Assembly: GCA_016235455.1 (NCBI GenBank) | Contig: JACRKZ010000068.1 | Coordinates: 14,682 to 78,681 of the forward strand | Length of the DNA stretch: 64,000 nt | Source: Armatimonadota bacterium | GTDB lineage: Bacteria > Armatimonadota > UBA10988 | Direction of reading: 5' to 3' | In this document: one piece after another, positions 9,782 to 19,809 of the stretch | Layout of the letters: the number at the start of each line of letters is the position of its first letter | How positions within the stretch are numbered: the stretch's first letter is position 1 | Notes under the pieces: generated by a model | What the model was told of the DNA's origin: nothing | Databases searched by the model: none | The model's input: only the letters and a program-made list of their open reading frames with translations | Translations under genes and position numbers: made by a program

Positions 9782-10380
9782 ACGAGTTCGACATCGATGC
9801 CCGGCAGCTGCGGGTCGACCGCGAGCAGGCCGAGCGCCACCGCCGCAGCCGGCTGATCGCGGGCCTGCTCCGCCAACTCCTGTTCGTGCTGGCGCTGTTC
9901 GCCATCATCCTGCTGCGCGTCTTCGTCATCCGCCCCGTCGAGGTGCAGCAGAACAGCATGGCGCCGACGCTGGCCGAGGGCGACCGCCTGCTGGTCAACA
10001 CCTGGTCCACCCGCGCCGGCCTGCCGCCGCGCGGCACGGTGATCGTGCTGCAGAAGCCCCAAAGCGATGTCTTGGTTGTCAAACGCGTGATAGGCGTCGG
10101 GGGTGATAAACTGCGTCTCACGCCCTACGGGGTGTGGCGCAACGGCAAACTGGTGGCCGAGCCGTACGTCAAGCCGTGGGATTACCTGCCGCTGAGCCTC
10201 ACGGTGCCGGACGGGCAGGTCTTCGTGCTGGGCGACAATCGACCCCAGAGCGAAGACAGCCGCGACTTCGGCCCAGTGCCCGCGGCGAGCATTCTCGGCA
10301 CGGCCGTCTATCGGTTCTGGCCGTGGCCCAAGCGCGGCCGATTGGCCGGACCGTCGACCGAGCCTGGGGCTCGGCCCTGA
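9778..10380 (+). CDS. lepB: Signal peptidase I
   Basis: SMAPTL, VKRVIG, GDNRPQSEDSRDFG, N-terminal TM helix. Confidence 0.92.
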   Translation: MNEFDIDARQLRVDREQAERHRRSRLIAGLLRQLLFVLALFAIILLRVFVIRPVEVQQNSMAPTLAEGDRLLVNTWSTRAGLPPRGTVIVLQKPQSDVLVVKRVIGVGGDKLRLTPYGVWRNGKLVAEPYVKPWDYLPLSLTVPDGQVFVLGDNRPQSEDSRDFGPVPAASILGTAVYRFWPWPKRGRLAGPSTEPGARP

Positions 10381-10384
10381 GAGC

Positions 10385-10816
10385 GTGGAGAAGCAGAGCA
10401 CGATGACACTCGCAATGTTCGGGACCTTGCTGATCGCCCTGGCCTTGGGCACGGCCGGCAACACGTTTATGAAGATGGGCCTCAACCGCCACGGGCAGAT
10501 CGAGAGCATCGCCTCCCTGTTCGGCGCGCTCATGCAGCTGCGCATCATCATCGGGCTGGGCTTCTTCGTGGTCAGCAGCATGTTGTACCTGACCGTCATG
10601 TCCAAGATGCCGCTGAGCGTGCTCTACCCGATGGTCGCCCTCAACTACATCTTCGTGACCATTTCGGCCCGCTACTTCCTGGGCGAGCCGGTCAACGCCA
10701 TGCGCGTCGTGGGCCTGTCGGTCATCGTGGCGGGTGTGGTCCTGGTCGGCTTGAGCCAGCAGTCGAAGCCGGCCGGCAACGGCACGGCCATGCCGCAGGT
10801 GGGCGAGCACGTCTAG
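10385..10816 (+). CDS. 4-TM EamA/SMR-type protein (ArnE/ArnF-like)
   Basis: Four hydrophobic helices, PLSVLYP...FLGE motif. Confidence 0.75.
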   Translation: MEKQSTMTLAMFGTLLIALALGTAGNTFMKMGLNRHGQIESIASLFGALMQLRIIIGLGFFVVSSMLYLTVMSKMPLSVLYPMVALNYIFVTISARYFLGEPVNAMRVVGLSVIVAGVVLVGLSQQSKPAGNGTAMPQVGEHV

Positions 10817-10828
10817 GTGGAGGGGCCC

Positions 10829-12676
10829 ATGGCAGAGCCGCCGGTCGAGACCCCCTCGCCCGACCCGGTCGACGCGCCGGACGTGCCCGCGCCGACAGCG
10901 CGCCCGTCGTTCTCGCGGCGCGAGCTGTCCTGGGCGCTAGGCTTCGCCGTGGCCATAGCCGTGCTGACCAGCCTGCCCTACCTGTGGGCGCTGATCACCC
11001 AGAAGTACGGCTATCAGTATCTGGGGTTCGTCTACAACCCCGACGAGCCCAACGTGCACCTGTCCTGGATCCGCCAGGCCCAGGAAGGTGCGCTGTTCTT
11101 CCGCAACGAGTTCACCTCGGAGCCGCATGTCGGCCGCTTCTTCAACCTGTTCATGCTGGCGCTGGGCCGGCTGGCGGCGTTGGCGCACACCACTCCGTAT
11201 GCGGTCTGGGCGGCCGCGCGCGTGGTGGCGGCCATCGCTCTGTGCCTGGCCATCTACGCCGCCATGGTCCCGTTGACGCGCAGCGTGCGCTTGCGGCGGC
11301 AAGGGGTCGTGCTGGTCGCCCTGTCGGCCGGACTCGGCTGGCTGGTCGTGGCCTGGGGGCTGGGCATCGACGCGGTGGACGTCGAGCCCAACCGCGTCAT
11401 GCCCGAAGCCATCACCTTCCTCTCGCTCTACCTCAACCCGCTGTTCACCAGCTCCATGCTGCTGCTGCTCGGCGCCATGCTGCTGGGCGCCGACGCGTTG
11501 CGGCGTGAACGCTGGCTACCAGCGGTCGGCGCGGGCCTGCTCGGGCTGCTGCTGGCCAATGTGCACACCTACGACGTCATCCCGCTGTGCCTCGTGCTGA
11601 CCGCCTGGCTGATCGACCTGAGCGTGCGCGACGGCTGGCGCTGGCGCCGGTTCGGGCTGCTGGTCGTTGTCCTGGCGCTGCTGGGGCCGGCGGTGGTCTA
11701 TCAGGCTCATCTCATCCACGGCGACCCGCTGTATGCCGCCAAGGCCAACACCGTCACCGCCACGCCGCCACTGCTGGCCATGTTGCTCAGCTACGGGCTG
11801 CTGCTGCCGCTGGCCGTGGTCGGCGCACGGCGCACGCTGCGCATGCGCCTGGAGGCCGGCCGCTTCCTGTGTTACTGGGCGGTCCTGCACTTTGCCTGCA
11901 TCTATCTGCCGGCCACGCTCTTCCCCTTCCAGCGGAAGATGATTGAGGGCTTCCATCTGCCGCTAGCGCTGCTGGCCACGCTCGGCGTGCGCCAGACGGC
12001 GCGCTGGCTGGCCCACGGCGTGGCCTGGCAGGCGACCGCGCCGCAAATGCGCAAGTATGGCCGGGCCTGGCCGGTGCTGGCCGACATGGCGGCACGCCGC
12101 CTGGCCTGGCAGAAGCCGCTGACCACGCTGATCCTCGCCGCGCTCATGCCGTCCAACCTGCTGTTCGTGCTGAGCACGCTGGACAACGTGCGCACCAACA
12201 ACCAGGAGAAGATCAGCGTGCTCATGCCGCCCTTCTCCCTGCCGCAGACAGACCTCGCGGCGCTGGCCTGGCTGAAGCGCAATAGCGAGCGTGACAGCGT
12301 GGTGCTGTGCATGCCGCTGGTGGGCAACTACGTGCCGGCGCTCATCGGCCGCACGGTCTATGTCGGCCACTGGGCGGAGACCATCAACTACGGCACCAAG
12401 CTCAACGAGTTCGCCGCGTTCATGAAGGGCGACGGCAGCGCCGACGACAAGACCGCCTGGCTGCGTGAGAACCGCATCGCCTATCTGTTCATGGGCACCT
12501 ACGAGACCGCTTGGACCGACGGCCAGCACCCGCAGTTGCCCGTGCTGGAGCGCGTGTACCCGCCCGAAGGCAAGCTCGCCGCGCTGGAACTGCCGCCGGT
12601 GCAGATCTTCCGCGTCAAGCCCACGGAAGAGGCCAAGCCGCCGGCCGAAGCTACTTCACCTCGTCCCAACCCTTGA
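10829..12676 (+). CDS. Polytopic membrane protein, probable GT-C-fold glycosyltransferase
   Basis: First loop has an acidic NPDE motif, followed by many TM helices and a C-terminal periplasmic domain (ALAWLK...VYVGHWAET). Confidence 0.6.
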   Translation: MAEPPVETPSPDPVDAPDVPAPTARPSFSRRELSWALGFAVAIAVLTSLPYLWALITQKYGYQYLGFVYNPDEPNVHLSWIRQAQEGALFFRNEFTSEPHVGRFFNLFMLALGRLAALAHTTPYAVWAAARVVAAIALCLAIYAAMVPLTRSVRLRRQGVVLVALSAGLGWLVVAWGLGIDAVDVEPNRVMPEAITFLSLYLNPLFTSSMLLLLGAMLLGADALRRERWLPAVGAGLLGLLLANVHTYDVIPLCLVLTAWLIDLSVRDGWRWRRFGLLVVVLALLGPAVVYQAHLIHGDPLYAAKANTVTATPPLLAMLLSYGLLLPLAVVGARRTLRMRLEAGRFLCYWAVLHFACIYLPATLFPFQRKMIEGFHLPLALLATLGVRQTARWLAHGVAWQATAPQMRKYGRAWPVLADMAARRLAWQKPLTTLILAALMPSNLLFVLSTLDNVRTNNQEKISVLMPPFSLPQTDLAALAWLKRNSERDSVVLCMPLVGNYVPALIGRTVYVGHWAETINYGTKLNEFAAFMKGDGSADDKTAWLRENRIAYLFMGTYETAWTDGQHPQLPVLERVYPPEGKLAALELPPVQIFRVKPTEEAKPPAEATSPRPNP

Positions 12677-14726
12677 TGCCGATGATCGGGAGCGCAAAGG
12701 CTGTGGCCTCGGCTTCCTGGGGAGTATCCAGCGCCTGGTAGACATACCAGATGGGCTTGCGGCCGCTGGGGTCGCCCGGCTCATCGGGGAACTTGCGCAG
12801 CCCGATACGCAGGCCGCCCTCGCCGCGGTTGTCCACCCAGTTGTGATAGTCGAAGGCCTCGATGCTGGGCAGCCGCCGGAGTTTGGCCCAGGTGTAGGCC
12901 ATGCCCGCCGCCTGAGCCGCCAACTCCTTCTCGCTGTAGTCGCGCGAGTTGAGGCCCTGCTCGGTGAGGTGGACAGTGCGCGGCCGGCCGTGATAGAGCG
13001 CCCGTGGCTGACGCATCCAGGCATCCAGCACGTCCATGTTCTTGAAGGTGATCTTGGGCGTGTCGAAATCGGAGCGCACCTGCGTATCGGCCCAGACGCG
13101 CGGCTCGAACAGGTTCTGCGGGTAGGGATGATGGGCCAGCGCCCACTCGAAGTCGCCCTCGACGGCACATTGGGTGAGCAGGCAGTCAAGCAGGTCGCGG
13201 CCCGGATGGCAGCGCGGATCCTGCTTCATCGTCCAGTGATGCTCCAGCGACACGAAGACCTTGGCGCCCGCGTCGTACTGCCGCGCGACGAGCCAAGCAC
13301 AGCGCAGCGACCGCTGATAGAGGTCCATGTATTGCACGTCGGTCTTCTCGCCGGCGTTGGTCCAGATCCAGCCGGCATTGACCTCGTTGTGCAGGATCCA
13401 GTGGTGCACACGACCGTGGCCGCCCGCGGGGTCGCTGTAGCGCCGAGCCAGGTAGTCCAGCCCCGCGCAGTACGCCTCGACTCCCGCCTGGCTGGTCACG
13501 TCGGGCATGACGAAGATGCCCGCCGGATCGGCGTCGGGATGCGTCAGCAGGCGGCTGTAGCTGCCCGCCGGCGATGCGCCCGGCTGGCCGATGAGCACAA
13601 TGACTGAGGTGATGACGCCGTGCTCGGCCAAGGCGCGGAAGGTGCGGTCGAAGCTGGCGATCTGGGAGTCGTGCGCGTACCAGGTGCGGCCGGCATACTC
13701 AAACGGCGACCAGCCCGCGGCCGGCGTGGTGGAGAAGAGCGAGTTGAGCACGAGGTTGACCGTGGCGTAGCTGATGCCCAGGTCGACCAGGTCGCTCCGC
13801 GGGCGCTCCAAGCCAAAGCCGCCCAACCCCTTGCGGCCGCTCGCCTTGGGCACGGGCAGGTCCCAGCGTGCCTGCACCTGGTCGGCATAGTGCGCGCTGG
13901 AGAGCAGTTGCCACGGCGCAGCATCTCCTTGGCGCGCGACTGCCCAGCGGCTGAGCAGGCGGTCGCGGGCGCCGTCGAGGCGCGGCACGCGCACGACGAA
14001 CCGCCCAGCGGCGTCGGCGACGATGGGATGCGGCCCGAGGAAGGCGGCCGGCTGGTCGGTGTCGACCCACATGGGCACTTCGACCAGGCTCGCGCCTTGC
14101 GCTCCGGCCAGCTCGCCGACGACGAGGATGGCGTTGGCGTCGGCCCGCACGCTCGTCACCCGGGCCGGATACTCATGCCGCAGGTAGTCGCGTAGCCAGG
14201 CGTCGTTGCGCGCCAGCAGGTCCAGTCGGGCCTGGCGCTGCGCCGCCAACTCCTGCTCGCGGTCCGTCGGCGGGCGCAGCCTTGGGCTGCGCAGTTGGAG
14301 GGTACGGCCCGGCTGGTTGCCGAAGTCGAGGCGCAGGCTGCCGACCTGGCCACCGAGTTTGGTCAGCACCGGCGACAGGTCGAGCGCATGGCGCGACCAG
14401 CCCTCGCTACGCGACAGGCCGGGCCCCTTGACGCTGTTGGCCTCGCTCAGCGGCGGCTGGCAGAAGACCTGGAAGGCATCGGTGCCGGTGGCCGAGAAGA
14501 AGTCGAAGGCCAGCATAAACGTGGCCCGCGGGTCGACCGGCGCGGTGAGCGGCGCGGTGAAGACATACGGGTCACCGCCGGTGGTGCGGATCTCCCAGCC
14601 GCCGTCGGGCAGCGGCGTGAGCTCGAGGTCGTGCGCGTTGGCCGCGACGAGAGTCAGCGGCACGGGGTTCTGCGCCATGGTCGCGCCTCCCAAGACCAAG
14701 CCCAGGCAGAGGGCGAGCAAGCGCAT
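12651..14726 (-). CDS. Secreted DUF5722-like clan-A glycoside hydrolase
   Basis: Signal peptide MRLLALCLGLVLGG; WILHNEVN, AHHPYP, LTEQG. Confidence 0.75.
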   Translation of the reverse strand: MRLLALCLGLVLGGATMAQNPVPLTLVAANAHDLELTPLPDGGWEIRTTGGDPYVFTAPLTAPVDPRATFMLAFDFFSATGTDAFQVFCQPPLSEANSVKGPGLSRSEGWSRHALDLSPVLTKLGGQVGSLRLDFGNQPGRTLQLRSPRLRPPTDREQELAAQRQARLDLLARNDAWLRDYLRHEYPARVTSVRADANAILVVGELAGAQGASLVEVPMWVDTDQPAAFLGPHPIVADAAGRFVVRVPRLDGARDRLLSRWAVARQGDAAPWQLLSSAHYADQVQARWDLPVPKASGRKGLGGFGLERPRSDLVDLGISYATVNLVLNSLFSTTPAAGWSPFEYAGRTWYAHDSQIASFDRTFRALAEHGVITSVIVLIGQPGASPAGSYSRLLTHPDADPAGIFVMPDVTSQAGVEAYCAGLDYLARRYSDPAGGHGRVHHWILHNEVNAGWIWTNAGEKTDVQYMDLYQRSLRCAWLVARQYDAGAKVFVSLEHHWTMKQDPRCHPGRDLLDCLLTQCAVEGDFEWALAHHPYPQNLFEPRVWADTQVRSDFDTPKITFKNMDVLDAWMRQPRALYHGRPRTVHLTEQGLNSRDYSEKELAAQAAGMAYTWAKLRRLPSIEAFDYHNWVDNRGEGGLRIGLRKFPDEPGDPSGRKPIWYVYQALDTPQEAEATAFALPIIGIKGWDEVK

Positions 14727-14739
14727 GGCGATACCCCTA

Positions 14740-14768
14740 AGGGACCGCCAGCTTGGCTGGCGGTCCCT
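14740..14768. terminator. 13-bp stem-loop between co-directional genes (terminator or mRNA stabiliser)
   Basis: AGGGACCGCCAGC-TTG-GCTGGCGGTCCCT; no U tract. Confidence 0.45.
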
Positions 14769-14779
14769 CGGCGGTTGAA

Positions 14780-15646
14780 CTACCAGATCTTCTTGAGACC
14801 GGCCAGCGAGATCTCCACGCACTCGAGCGGCGTCTTGCCGTCGGGATAGGACTCCTGCTCGATGGTGACCCACTGGGTGGCACCGGCTTCGCGGCAGGCC
14901 TTGAGGACCGCCACCCAGTCCACCGAGTCCTGGCCGATATAGGCCTTCTGCTCGGCCTTCTTGGGGCCGAAGACGGCGGGCTTGAAGTGGGTGATCAGCG
15001 TGCGGCCGGCGTACTTGCGGATCAGCGCGACCGGATCCTGGCCGGCGGAGGCGCTCCAGCCGCAGTCCTGCTGCAGGACGACGTCCTTGCTGGTGCGCTC
15101 GGCGAACAGCTCCCAGTAGGACTTGCCGGTCTCGGCGTCCTTGCTGAACTCGTGGGTGTGGTTGTGGTAGCCGCACCACATGCCCAGCGGCTTGAGCTTG
15201 GCAGCCGTCTCGGTGAAGAAGTCGGCCAGGGCCTTGCTCTTGTCGGGGCTGGCGAAGTCGCCATCGCCGGGGACCATGAGCAGCTTGCAGCCGATGGTCT
15301 GATGGAAATCAACGGTGCGCTGGAAGGCATCACCCCGGAACGAGCCGGTACCGATGTGCGTGCCGGCGGCCTTCAGGCCCAAGTCGTCGAGGCGCTTGCG
15401 CAGCTCGGTGGGCTTGCCGCCGTAGCTGTGGTAGCCGGCAAACTCGACGCCGGCAAAGCCCATCTTGGCGACCTTGTCGAGCGTGCCGTCAAAGTCCTTG
15501 CCGCAATCGTCGCGCACGCTGTAGAGCTGCAGCGAGATCTGCGGCGTGGCATCGGCGGCAAACGCGCGACGCCCGGCGGCCAACGCGGCGGCGGCCACGA
15601 GCGAACCGCCCACGAAGCCGCGGCGGGTTATGTTCTGGTCCAACAT
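14780..15646 (-). CDS. Tat-exported sugar phosphate isomerase/epimerase (xylose isomerase-like TIM barrel)
   Basis: TRRGF Tat motif, LQLYSVR, GVEFAG, YHNHTHEF, IEQE. Confidence 0.85.
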   Translation of the reverse strand: MLDQNITRRGFVGGSLVAAAALAAGRRAFAADATPQISLQLYSVRDDCGKDFDGTLDKVAKMGFAGVEFAGYHSYGGKPTELRKRLDDLGLKAAGTHIGTGSFRGDAFQRTVDFHQTIGCKLLMVPGDGDFASPDKSKALADFFTETAAKLKPLGMWCGYHNHTHEFSKDAETGKSYWELFAERTSKDVVLQQDCGWSASAGQDPVALIRKYAGRTLITHFKPAVFGPKKAEQKAYIGQDSVDWVAVLKACREAGATQWVTIEQESYPDGKTPLECVEISLAGLKKIW

Positions 15647-15786
15647 GATTCTGGTGCTCCTCACTACCCAACAGGTACCTTAGCATAGACGCTTCACCGC
15701 GCGCGCGCGTTTCCCTTCCCGAGAGGAACAGGCCCGCGCGCGACCAATCGATACCCGACACGCATCCTGAGATGGAGGGAGCACCC

Positions 15787-16284
15787 ATGCCGACCACACT
15801 CGATAACCTGGCTGAGGCCTTCGCCGGCGAGAGCCAGGCCAACCGCAAGTACCTGGCTTTCGCCAAGAAGGCCGAGCAGGACGGCTTCGCCAACGTGGCC
15901 AAGCTGTTCCGCACCGCCGCCGAGGCCGAGACCATCCATGCCCTGGCGCACTTCGCCGCCATGGACGGCGTGGGCTCGACCCTGGACAACCTCAAAGCCG
16001 CGGTGGCCGGTGAGACCCACGAAGCCACCGCCATGTACCCGCCGATGCTGGCCCAGGCCGAGGCCGAGGGACACCGGGGCAAGCGCATGTTTGAGATGGC
16101 CAGCAAGGCCGAGGCCGTCCACGCCGAGCTGTACAAGGCCGCCCTGGCCGCCGTCGAGGCCGGCGTCGACCTGGAGGCCGCCGAGATCTACCTGTGCCCG
16201 GTCTGCGGCCACATCGAGATCGGCGTGGCGCCCGAGGCCTGCCCCATCTGCGGCGCCAAGGCCAGCCGGTTCGTCACCGTCTGA
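15787..16284 (+). CDS. rbr: Rubrerythrin
   Basis: AFAGESQANRKY, ETIHA, EAVH, C-terminal CPVCG...CPICG. Confidence 0.93.
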   Translation: MPTTLDNLAEAFAGESQANRKYLAFAKKAEQDGFANVAKLFRTAAEAETIHALAHFAAMDGVGSTLDNLKAAVAGETHEATAMYPPMLAQAEAEGHRGKRMFEMASKAEAVHAELYKAALAAVEAGVDLEAAEIYLCPVCGHIEIGVAPEACPICGAKASRFVTV

Positions 16285-16307
16285 GCAGCGCCGATTAGGA
16301 GCCACCG

Positions 16308-17076
16308 ATGTCCTCCGTGACGCGCTGGTGGTGGTTGGTCGCGGGTGCCCTGGCGGCGCCCGCGACCGCCGATCCGGCGCGCGCCTTCGCCGCTGACACG
16401 GCAGAGTCGGCGCGCGCCTGGCAGACGGAATCGCGTCGCCAACTGGCGCGGGCCCTGGCCCTGGACGACCTGCTGGCGACCAACGTGCCGGTGGACGCCA
16501 AGGAGGTCTCGCGCACGCACTGGCCCAAGTATGAGCGGCTCGAGATCGAGTTCCAGAGCACCCCGACTCGGCGCATCAAGGCCATCGTCACGCTGCCCCG
16601 GGCGCCGCTGGTGGCCCGGCAGCCCGCCGTGGTCTGTATCCACGGCCACGGCGGCAACCGCGGCATCGTCTACGACACTGAGAGCCAGTACCGCGGCTTC
16701 GCCCACGTGCTGGCCGGCGCGGGCTATGTGACCGTCGCCACCGAGGTCGGCCAGCACCAGGTCTACGAGGCCGGCCGCACCCTCATGGGCGAGCGGCTGT
16801 GGGACGTGCGCCGCTGCGTGGACTACCTGCTCAGCCGAGCCGATGTCGACCACCGGCGCATCGGCTGTGCCGGCCTGTCGCTCGGCGGCGAGATGGCGCT
16901 GTGGCTGGGCGCCATGGATGAGCGCGTGGCCGCCACGGTCAGCTCGGGCTTCCTGACCACCGTGGCCAACCTGCGCGACGGTCACTGCCCCTGCTGGGAC
17001 TTCCCCGGCCTGACCGAGAACTACGACTTCTCCGACATCTACTCGCTCATCGCCGCGGCATCTCGCCGCCGACTGA
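16308..17076 (+). pseudogene. Secreted alpha/beta hydrolase (acetylxylan esterase/dienelactone hydrolase-like), apparently missing its C-terminal part
   Basis: CIHGHGG and GLSLGG nucleophile motif. After YSLIA the frame degrades and reads into coaX. A short RHLAAD-stop tail lies in the +1 frame at 17056-17076. Confidence 0.65.
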
Positions 17077-17091
17077 GCCCGCGCGCCTCCG

Positions 17092-17100
17092 TGCTACAAT
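17092..17100 (+). promoter_or_regulatory. Extended -10 element, likely leaderless coaX transcript
   Basis: TGC-TACAAT 6 nt before the ATG at 17107, no SD. Confidence 0.55.
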
Positions 17101-17106
17101 CTGGCC

Positions 17107-17835
17107 ATGCTTCTGGCCCTGGACATCGGCAACACGCGCACCAAACTCGGCTGGTTCGACGGCGCCGACCTGGCTGCGGCCGACCATCGGCCGACGGCGG
17201 ACGAGCCGAGCCTGCCGGCGGATCGACCGGTCACCGAAGCGGTGCTGTCGGGCGTGGTGCCGACGGCGCTGGCCGCCTGGTCGGCCTGGCTTGGCGAGCG
17301 GGGCGTGCGCGTATGCCGCGTGGGCGACGATCTGGCCGTGCCGCTGACCGTCGACTACCACCCGCCCGAGTCACTTGGCGCCGACCGCCTGCTGGGCGCC
17401 CTGGCCGCGGCCCACCGCCACGGCTCGCCGGTGCTCACCGCCGACTGCGGCACCGCCACCACGCTGAACGTCGTGGCCAACGGCGACGTCTTTGTCGGCG
17501 GTGCCATCTGCTGCGGGCTGGGCACGGCGCGCGATGCCCTGGCCAGGGAGGCGGCGCTGCTGCCGCGCATCGAGCTGGAGCCACCCGCGGGCGTGCTCGG
17601 CCGTGACACCGCGGCCTGCCTGCGCAGCGGCCTGGTGCTGGCCCATGCGGGCATGATCAGCTGGCTGGCCCAACGCCTGCGCGCCGAAGCCAATCTGCCC
17701 AGCGCCCCGCTGGTGGCTACCGGCGGCCATGCGGCGGTGCTGGCGCGAGCGCTGCCGGGCGTGTTCGCCGAGGTCGACCCGCACCTCGTGCTGCGCGGGC
17801 TGGCCGCGACCTACTGGGAGAACGTCCATGCGTAA
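17107..17835 (+). CDS. coaX: Type III pantothenate kinase
   Basis: LDIGNTRTK, LGADR, DCGTATT, ATGG. Confidence 0.93.
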   Translation: MLLALDIGNTRTKLGWFDGADLAAADHRPTADEPSLPADRPVTEAVLSGVVPTALAAWSAWLGERGVRVCRVGDDLAVPLTVDYHPPESLGADRLLGALAAAHRHGSPVLTADCGTATTLNVVANGDVFVGGAICCGLGTARDALAREAALLPRIELEPPAGVLGRDTAACLRSGLVLAHAGMISWLAQRLRAEANLPSAPLVATGGHAAVLARALPGVFAEVDPHLVLRGLAATYWENVHA

Positions 17836-18313
17836 GTCGGGACGTCGGGTCTCCGGCGCCGGGCGGGCCGTGGCCCTGACGGCGCTCGGGTTGCTGCTGG
17901 CCGCGCTGGCCCATCTGCCCGCGGCGGAGCCGGCCGAGCAGCCGGCGCTGGCCACGCTGCGCGCCTTCTGGGCCGCGCTTTCGGCCGGTGACGCGGCCGC
18001 CTTCGAGAGCACGGTGGATCTGCCGCTGACGCTCCAGGATCTGAGCGACGCCGGCCAGCCGGGCGTGCGCCTCGTGGTGCGCCGCGAAGACTGGGACGGG
18101 TTCCGCCGGGCCTTCCCCGGGCAGCCCGAGGCCGGCCCCGCGCTGGCGCTGACCAACGTGCACGTGGAGCAGCTAGGCAAGGGGTTGTGCGTGGTCACCT
18201 ACAACGTGGGGCCCACCGCCGAGCAGAGCAGCAAACACACCGCCACGCTGGTGGACCACGGCGGCTGGAAGGTGGTCTTCGCCACCTTGCCCGCGGACGA
18301 CCCCCAGCCATGA
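17828..18313 (+). CDS. Secreted NTF2/SnoaL-like hypothetical protein
   Basis: Signal peptide; FWAALSAGD...GGWKVV pattern; overlaps neighbours on both sides. Confidence 0.6.
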   Translation: MRKSGRRVSGAGRAVALTALGLLLAALAHLPAAEPAEQPALATLRAFWAALSAGDAAAFESTVDLPLTLQDLSDAGQPGVRLVVRREDWDGFRRAFPGQPEAGPALALTNVHVEQLGKGLCVVTYNVGPTAEQSSKHTATLVDHGGWKVVFATLPADDPQP

Positions 18314-19159
18314 CCATGCCGCCAGCCATCTCGCTGGGTCGTGTGGTCATCGACCCGCCGCTCGTGCTCGCGCCCATGTCGGGCGTGACCAACGTGCCCA
18401 TGCGCCTGCTGTGCCGAGAGCAAGGCGCCGGCCTGGTCTGCAACGAGTTCATCAGCGGCTACGGTCTGTTCTATGGCAACGCGCGTACGCAGGACTATCT
18501 GCTGTTCGATGAGCGCGAGCGACCGGTGAGCAGCCAGATCTTCGGCGCCGACCCCGACAAGCTGGCCGTGGCCGCCCGGCAGGTCGAAGCCGCCGGCTCG
18601 GACATCCTCGACCTCAACCTGGGCTGCAGCGTGCGCAAGGTGGTCAAGACCGGCGCGGGCGCCTGCCTGCTGCAGACGCCCAGCCAGGTGGCGCGCATCG
18701 TCGAGGCGCTGGTGGCCGCCCGACTGGTCGGCCATTGGCGAGGTGAAGGCCGCGGTCGGCATCCCGGTACTGGGCAATGGCGATGTGAAGACGCCCCAGG
18801 ACGCGGCCGAACTGCTGCGCCAGAGCGGCTGCGACGGCGTGATGATCGGCCGCGCCAGCGAGGGCAACCCGTGGATCTTCGCCCGCACGGCGACCTACCT
18901 CAACACGGGAGTGCTGCCGCCCGAGCCCACGGCCGACGAGCGGCTGACCATGGCGCTGCGCCATGGCGAACTGATGCGCGAGTTCAAGACCGAAGACCGC
19001 ACCGCGGCCGAGATGCGCAAACATGTGGCCTGGTACGTGCATGGTCTGCCCAGCGCGTCGGTGCTGCGCACCGCTGTCAATCAGGCGCACAGTTGGGATA
19101 CCATGGTGGATCTGATCAGCCGGTATCGTGAGCGTTTGGTGGAAGAGAGGGTCTCGTGA
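18310..19159 (+). pseudogene. dusB: tRNA-dihydrouridine synthase DusB with internal deletion and frameshift
   Basis: LAPMSGVT and DLNLGC in the first frame; DWSAIGEVK...GNGDV...GVMIGR in the +1 frame from 18722. The TVKxR and HGRT segment is absent. Confidence 0.8.
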
Positions 19160-19809
19160 AGGATAAAGGCACCGCCGTCGCACTGGCCTTCACGCTGGGC
19201 GGGTTCGGCGTGCATCGGTTCTACCTGGACGATGTCGGCGGCGGCATCATCTACCTGGCGCTGACGTTCTTCACCTGCTTGCTGGGCTATCCGGCAGCCT
19301 GGATCGAAGGCGTCATGCTGGCCCTGATGTCGGAAGAGGCCTTTGACCAGCGCTACAACGCGCATCGCACCGGCACCCGCGACATCACCACCCGCGTCAC
19401 CGTGCGCAAGGTGGTCATCGGACCCGATGGCCAGCGGCACGAGGTGGTGGAGGAGCGCACCACCGGTCGCGACGACCGTGTACCGTCGGGCCGGCGCCCG
19501 CGAGGCCGACAAGCCGAGTATGCCAGTCGCCGGCCGCGCAACGCCGCCGAGCGCGACCGCTTCGTGCTGCAGGCCGCCGGTGACAACGCCGGCATGCTCT
19601 CGCCGCCCGACCTGACGCTGATGAGCCAGTTCAGCCTGGCCGAAGCGCGCGAAGCGCTCGATGGCCTGCACCGCCAGGGCGTCTGCGAGATCGAGGTCGA
19701 CGACGAAGGCCTGACCCGCTATGTCTTCCCCGACCTGCGGACCCCCGACTCCAAAGCGCGCATGTCCGGCCAGCCGCTGGACGCGGATGAGGATCTCCAT
19801 GCGACCTGA
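19156..19809 (+). CDS. TM2-domain protein with C-terminal helical/winged-helix-like region
   Basis: KDKGTAVALAFTLGGFGVHRFYL. Confidence 0.8.
   Translation: MKDKGTAVALAFTLGGFGVHRFYLDDVGGGIIYLALTFFTCLLGYPAAWIEGVMLALMSEEAFDQRYNAHRTGTRDITTRVTVRKVVIGPDGQRHEVVEERTTGRDDRVPSGRRPRGRQAEYASRRPRNAAERDRFVLQAAGDNAGMLSPPDLTLMSQFSLAEAREALDGLHRQGVCEIEVDDEGLTRYVFPDLRTPDSKARMSGQPLDADEDLHAT

Noticed and set aside
18310-19159. Programmed frameshift in dusB
   Set aside because: Essential sequence is missing rather than shifted, and there is no slippery site.
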